DNA of 64,000 nucleotides from a virus: IMG/VR virus record IMGVR_UViG_3300035181_000377, positions 2,828 to 66,827 of that record; one strand, 5' to 3'. Shown piece by piece: positions 59,251 to 64,000 of this stretch (position 1 is its first letter; each line of letters starts with the position of its first letter). The notes under the pieces were generated by a model. It saw only the letters and a program-made list of their open reading frames with translations, ran no database searches and was not told where the DNA came from. The position numbers and the translations under genes were made by a program.

Positions 59251-61374
59251 TTAATAAAAATCAGATACTATTGAATCTTCTTTTAAAAAATAACCAAGAC
59301 TCTCTAACAACATATAAAACACATTACATATATCCATCGTAATACGTCTAATATCTATTATAGATGCTAACTCAACTGGTATACCTTTAGACATTACATA
59401 ATCTACAGAAATGTACATAGTAGGTAAACTAGTTTTATTAAAAACTTTTAACCATTCAGATAACTTAGTTTTTAAATCAGTATCTACAATAGTATCAAGC
59501 CAATTTTTAAGATCAGTTTTATTACCTAGTATAGTAGGTATCTTAATTACTGAATAAGGCGGTTTAGCTATACTACCATACTTTTCAGAGAATACCTGTT
59601 CCCAAAGAATATGGTGCTGATATGGAGAACCTTCCTCAGTTTTAGTATAAGACTCCGGTGATTTAATTTTACTTAATCTAAAATAAGTAATTTCATTATT
59701 CATAATAGAAGTTCTAATGTTACGTTCTATATTAGCTACTTCGGTTAAGAAATATTTTAATTCTAACTTTTTACCTTCTAAGGTATCTTTTAAAATTTTA
59801 TCCATTAACGCTGTAGCAGCTTCAATAATAATCTTTGGAGAATTACTAGACTTTAAATGCACGCCTTTTACTTCACGCTCAAATTTAGAAAATACGTTAC
59901 CTTCTTGTATTTCACATAAAGCAAAGTAATGCTTACCTACACTAGTGTTTACAAATACTGGCCAATAAAACTCTGATTTCATAGCCATGGTGTGTAGGTC
60001 ATCTTTAGCAAAACCAAAGTTAGCTGACATCTGTGCTAGTGTATGTGTGATAGTTTGTGCTGTTAAAAATACAACTACACCGGCAATAGGACTAGCTAAA
60101 TCATTTTGAACATAATCACCATAGTACCACTTTACCCAATCCTGTACAGTGAATATAGTGCTGTCAGTATCTGATGTCACTACGGCTCTTCTGATGCTAT
60201 TTGGAAGGTATGCCACTGATGCTGGCATATGTTTAGTAACAAAGAAAGCTTTAATAAATAAAGAGTAGTCTGTAAGAACTTTACTTACATTTAAAGTAGT
60301 GTTAATTACAGTACCTAAGTTACCATCTTTTTCAATACTAGCATAATCTTTACCACGACCTTTTACTTCAGTAGTACAAATTTGATGTGCTAAGTTTACA
60401 TAACTTTCTTCGAGTTTATAAATGGTATCTAAACCGTTTTCAAAACTACCCACTACTTTTTCGCTCATTCTACCAATTAAGTCACGCACTAAACTTTCAT
60501 TATGTTTTTTAATATGGTAAAGGTCACCTGTATAAACAAACGCCACTCTTTCTAAGTCATTTAAGGTAACTACAAATTTTCTTATATCGTCTAAAGCTAC
60601 AGCATTGTTCCAGTATAGGTCAGTAGAATATTTTATACAATCCATTACATCGTCTATAGTCGGTATGTAAATATTATATTTATTTACTACTTCACCTATT
60701 AGCGTATAATTAGAATCTGAAGTAATAGATACTAAATTAAACATTACAATTTTATGTGACCAATAATGCCTATTACCAGTTACGAACTTTTCATTATTAG
60801 CATTACCTAAGCCAGCCACTACTCGACAATTAGATGTTAAAGTAGAATGCGCTGTCTTATTATTTAATGGTGTAGATTTACTAACATGCGCCCCAGATAT
60901 CGCGTTGTTATTTAATTTTTTATATGTCTGCTCAATTGTTTTAATTGTAGCTTCTTCTTTTTTACCAGCGTTCTTTAAGGCAAAAGATAATTTTTTAGCA
61001 GCTGAACGAGCTTTAATATTATCTTTAATATAGGTCTCTAATAACGATACTTTAACATGCTTAGGCATGTACGTGGTCATTGTAGGTGCTATTAATTCTT
61101 TAGCTCGTAGACTACTATATAAGTATTTAGTTAAAGTTGTTGTACGTTCTGCTCTATCGCCTGTTTCATCTCTATGGAGATATACTACTTCAGGATCTTT
61201 AACATCTTTAAATTTTTTAGTTTTAAGTCCACCGCGTATAAATGAAATACACTCATCAATAGTTTTACCAGTATTCTTATGTAAATAGAAAGCTGCTTGT
61301 TTAATATAATCAGTTATTGGGTCTACGTCTCTTTTATAGTCTTCTGTGGCTAAAGTAAAAATACCTGCATCCAT
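59251..61374 (-). CDS. Split family-B DNA polymerase, polymerase-domain subunit (phiKZ gp50-like)
   Basis: KKLNNNAISG (motif B), VVTSDTDSTIF (motif C), GKHY, VKGVHLKSS. Confidence 0.88.
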   Translation of the reverse strand: MDAGIFTLATEDYKRDVDPITDYIKQAAFYLHKNTGKTIDECISFIRGGLKTKKFKDVKDPEVVYLHRDETGDRAERTTTLTKYLYSSLRAKELIAPTMTTYMPKHVKVSLLETYIKDNIKARSAAKKLSFALKNAGKKEEATIKTIEQTYKKLNNNAISGAHVSKSTPLNNKTAHSTLTSNCRVVAGLGNANNEKFVTGNRHYWSHKIVMFNLVSITSDSNYTLIGEVVNKYNIYIPTIDDVMDCIKYSTDLYWNNAVALDDIRKFVVTLNDLERVAFVYTGDLYHIKKHNESLVRDLIGRMSEKVVGSFENGLDTIYKLEESYVNLAHQICTTEVKGRGKDYASIEKDGNLGTVINTTLNVSKVLTDYSLFIKAFFVTKHMPASVAYLPNSIRRAVVTSDTDSTIFTVQDWVKWYYGDYVQNDLASPIAGVVVFLTAQTITHTLAQMSANFGFAKDDLHTMAMKSEFYWPVFVNTSVGKHYFALCEIQEGNVFSKFEREVKGVHLKSSNSPKIIIEAATALMDKILKDTLEGKKLELKYFLTEVANIERNIRTSIMNNEITYFRLSKIKSPESYTKTEEGSPYQHHILWEQVFSEKYGSIAKPPYSVIKIPTILGNKTDLKNWLDTIVDTDLKTKLSEWLKVFNKTSLPTMYISVDYVMSKGIPVELASIIDIRRITMDICNVFYMLLESLGYFLKEDSIVSDFY

Positions 61375-61482
61375 TTGTATCTATCCTTTTTATTAAGTAA
61401 GCTTACAAATTATGAACCAACCTAGTTTATTTTACATTATGTATATATAAAGTGTAGAGTAAATATAATTTAAGGAATAAAT

Positions 61483-62295
61483 ATGTCACCTATCGCTAAA
61501 GCACTAGATGAAATAAAATTCAGAATACCTGAAGCAATATTAAAAGAAGCTTTTAAACAAGATTCATATTCGTGGAGATCAGCACCTGTATCTAATGATG
61601 AGATAATTACAAACAAAGTAATTCGTAGTCGCGTATTAGTAGACTGTAATTTAGTAGGCGGTATCGAAACATTAATAAACTTAGTAGGGTTATCACCTAC
61701 TACAGTGGATGAAATAACATTAGTGTATCATATACCTAAAGACAGAACACAAAATAGAACTATTGTAAATGCTTTATCTGTTGGTTATTTAAACTATGCA
61801 AATGCATTTAACGTGCCTGGTGTTGGTAGTGTTACAGCGCAAGCAGGTAATGATGTATTGAATGCTGCATTAGCAGTAATGCAATCACATTCTGGAGCAC
61901 CATTAATATCTACAGCTAGAGTATCATTAATTGGTAATAATACAATTATGGTAAGAGATGCTAACCGAGTAATAACTAATAATTATTTAAGATGTCGGTT
62001 AAGTGATGATGAAGATATGAATGGTTTACAAGCTAGATCTATTCCTGCTTTCTGTAAGTTAGTAGAATTAGCAGTAAAATCTTATATCTATAATACATTA
62101 ATTATTAGAATGGGTTCTGCATATCTATCCGGTGGTCAAGAGTTAGGTGTGTTTAAATCAATTGTAGAGGGCTTTGCTGACTCTGAACAGATGTATCAAG
62201 ACTATCTAGTCACTATCTGGAGAAAAGTCGCTATGATGAATGACACTGAATCTTATACACGATTCTTGAAACTTCAAATTGGTTCAATGAAATAA
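61483..62295 (+). CDS. Conserved phiKZ-like protein (gp52-like)
   Basis: KALDEIKFRIPEAIL, RVLVDCNLVGG, AVKSYIYN; divergent from the DNA polymerase. Confidence 0.7.
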   Translation: MSPIAKALDEIKFRIPEAILKEAFKQDSYSWRSAPVSNDEIITNKVIRSRVLVDCNLVGGIETLINLVGLSPTTVDEITLVYHIPKDRTQNRTIVNALSVGYLNYANAFNVPGVGSVTAQAGNDVLNAALAVMQSHSGAPLISTARVSLIGNNTIMVRDANRVITNNYLRCRLSDDEDMNGLQARSIPAFCKLVELAVKSYIYNTLIIRMGSAYLSGGQELGVFKSIVEGFADSEQMYQDYLVTIWRKVAMMNDTESYTRFLKLQIGSMK

Positions 62296-62356
62296 ATATC
62301 AGACATATATTACTATATTGTGGATACTAGTATATTGTTAAGTTAAAAGGGGCGAT

Positions 62357-62767
62357 ATGATAAATAAGCAATTAGAAATAGATCTCGATGTTGAGGATTT
62401 GCATCCTAGATTTGTTGTTGTTGAATTTGATTGGTTATTAAAAGTAGAGTATTCGGAGATATTTTTAAAATGGAAGTTAAAAGACATTGTTGAAATACTT
62501 ATAGCTATACCTGAGTACTATGGCATAAAAAGAATACAACTATTTTTAGAATTAATTAGTCAAGATGATGATGAAATAGGAATAGATAAATATGAAACAG
62601 AATTAATTAAGTTAGGTTGCATTGATACTATTGAATCTTTAGTTAATCGTTATTCAGAATCAATGCAAGCTTTAAAGTTAAATCCTAACGATTATGTTTT
62701 TAAAGGTTGGATAGACAACACCAGCATCTTATTAGAAGATGCTAGATTAGTTTATGAGTGGGCGTAA
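62357..62767 (+). CDS. Hypothetical protein, related to 54796..55170
   Basis: YVFKGWIDNTSILL; TATATTAC promoter at 62307; terminator at 62779-62818. Confidence 0.7.
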   Translation: MINKQLEIDLDVEDLHPRFVVVEFDWLLKVEYSEIFLKWKLKDIVEILIAIPEYYGIKRIQLFLELISQDDDEIGIDKYETELIKLGCIDTIESLVNRYSESMQALKLNPNDYVFKGWIDNTSILLEDARLVYEWA

Positions 62768-62822
62768 AAATTATTAATATACATACACAGGAACTCTTGT
62801 GTATGTATATTTTTTTTTATAT

Positions 62823-62910
62823 TTGATTACATTTATTTTCGATGATGTATAACTATATTGGGCGTTGTACAATCCTGTACAATTTCTTTACTTATATTAG
62901 GAGAAACAAA
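62823..62910 (+). promoter_or_regulatory. Early promoter + hairpin + RBS module (variant)
   Basis: TGTATAACTATATTG; hairpin GTTGTACA-atcc-TGTACAAT; leader TTTCTTTACTTATATTAGGAGAAACAAA shared with 44796-44823. Confidence 0.7.
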
Positions 62911-63684
62911 ATGATTAAAATTGATAATGTAGTTTATACAGAATTTAACGACGCAGCTATAGCTGCTGCAGCTATAGCTAAATATATAGCATACATTGAT
63001 TTACCTTTAGTAGAGTCATTACCAGAATCACCGTTAGTTGAAAAAGTATGGTACGAAAACTTACCATTAGTAGAATCATTACCAGAAACACCTTTAGTTA
63101 AAACAGTAGAGTATTATAAGTTGCCATTAGTTAAAGTATTACCAGAATCACCCTTAGCTAAAGATATAAGGTATTTTGATTTGCCAAAGGTTAAAGTATT
63201 ACCAAATACTCCATTAGTTGAGAAAATATGGCATTATAATTTACCAATGGTAGAATCATTACCAAATACTCCATTAGTTAAGTATGTTTGGTATCAAACT
63301 TTACCATTAGTTAAAGTATTACCAAATACTCCATTAGCTAAAGACATTCGGTATGATAATTTACAAATGGTAGAATCATTACCAAATACTCCGTTAGCTG
63401 AAACAATAGAGTATGTTAATTTACCAAATATAAAAGTGTTACCAAATACTCCATTAGCCGAAAAGGTCTGTTATAAAGATTTACCAAAGGTTAAAGTAAT
63501 ACCAGAATCACCATTAGCTGAATATGTTTGGTATAAAGATTTACCTCTTGTAACTAAACTACCGAATACTCCATTAGCTAAAAGAGCATGGTATGTTAAT
63601 TTACCTTTAGTAGTGTTATTACCAATTACATTGTTATCTAAAGACACTCGATATAAAGATTTACCATTGTTAAATATTGGTTAG
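62911..63684 (+). CDS. 20-aa tandem-repeat (LRR-like) protein, 11 repeats
   Basis: 27-aa cap + 11 x 20-aa repeats + YKDLPLLNIG; paralog of 44824..45297. Confidence 0.85.
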   Translation: MIKIDNVVYTEFNDAAIAAAAIAKYIAYIDLPLVESLPESPLVEKVWYENLPLVESLPETPLVKTVEYYKLPLVKVLPESPLAKDIRYFDLPKVKVLPNTPLVEKIWHYNLPMVESLPNTPLVKYVWYQTLPLVKVLPNTPLAKDIRYDNLQMVESLPNTPLAETIEYVNLPNIKVLPNTPLAEKVCYKDLPKVKVIPESPLAEYVWYKDLPLVTKLPNTPLAKRAWYVNLPLVVLLPITLLSKDTRYKDLPLLNIG

Positions 63685-63690
63685 AAATTA

Positions 63691-63723
63691 TAAATAGAGT
63701 AGCTAATACTACTCTATTTTTTT
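63691..63723 (+). terminator. Intrinsic terminator
   Basis: AAATAGAGTAG-ctaata-CTACTCTATTT. Confidence 0.85.
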
Positions 63724-63727
63724 ATGT

Positions 63728-63813
63728 TTGAATGCATTTTTTTTCAGTCATATATAGCTATATTGAACGTTGTACACTGTGTATAACAAAACCTTTTTTT
63801 AAGGAGATTTATC
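63728..63813 (+). promoter_or_regulatory. Repeated early promoter + hairpin + RBS module
   Basis: CATATATAGCTATATTG; hairpin GTTGTACA-ctg-TGTATAAC; AAGGAG. Confidence 0.8.
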
Positions 63814-64000
63814 ATGTCAAAATTTAACTTTAGTGCACATGCGTTGATTGGGCAACTTTATGTTGCAAGTGTAATGAAAAAATTTGGAAGTAATACCAGT
63901 ATGTCCAGAGAGTTCATGATTAACTCACCTGAAATGCTGTTATTATTTATGAGTGATGTGGGGCAAACACCCACCACTAAGAAGAAAGTGCTTTCTTCTT
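63814..64000 (+). CDS. Hypothetical protein, paralog family A (copy 3, truncated by window end)
   Basis: MSKFNFSAHALIGQLYV...NSPEMLLLFMS. Confidence 0.75.
   Translation, partial: MSKFNFSAHALIGQLYVASVMKKFGSNTSMSREFMINSPEMLLLFMSDVGQTPTTKKKVLSS

Noticed and set aside
62911-63684. 60-bp periodic repeats as a CRISPR array or DGR target
   Set aside because: The repeats are in-frame, degenerate coding units with no unique spacers. No reverse transcriptase or template repeat is in the window.
1-64000. Alternative genetic code (stop-codon reassignment)
   Set aside because: Core genes are full length under the standard code, all three stops are used, and no suppressor tRNA is present.

Overview
AT-rich segment of a phiKZ-like (nucleus-forming, Chimalliviridae-type) jumbo phage genome. 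The core genes I recognise from motifs and gene order are a UvsX/RecA-like recombinase, three split virion RNA polymerase subunits, a gp181-like tail lysin/tape measure, the head maturation protease, tail tube, tail sheath, three baseplate/structural genes, terminase large subunit, PhuZ tubulin and a split family-B DNA polymerase. The window also has three tRNAs, one tRNA lacking its anticodon arm, and four HNH-type genes. Homology calls come from motif recognition and recalled synteny, not database searches. The most notable unexplained structures are: (1) a ~390-nt ORF-free, heavily base-paired, pseudoknotted candidate ncRNA with anti-Shine-Dalgarno-like C-rich loops (56362-56745); (2) a repeated ~85-bp early promoter + covarying 5' hairpin + RBS module that heads accessory-gene cassettes, with duplication and gene-capture scars; (3) two cassette-borne 20-aa LRR-like repeat proteins with constant caps and hypervariable positions; (4) an internal S74 autocleavage chaperone domain in the tape measure; (5) a miniature PEP-CTERM protein inside the tRNA cluster; (6) a probable ATT start codon for terminase.
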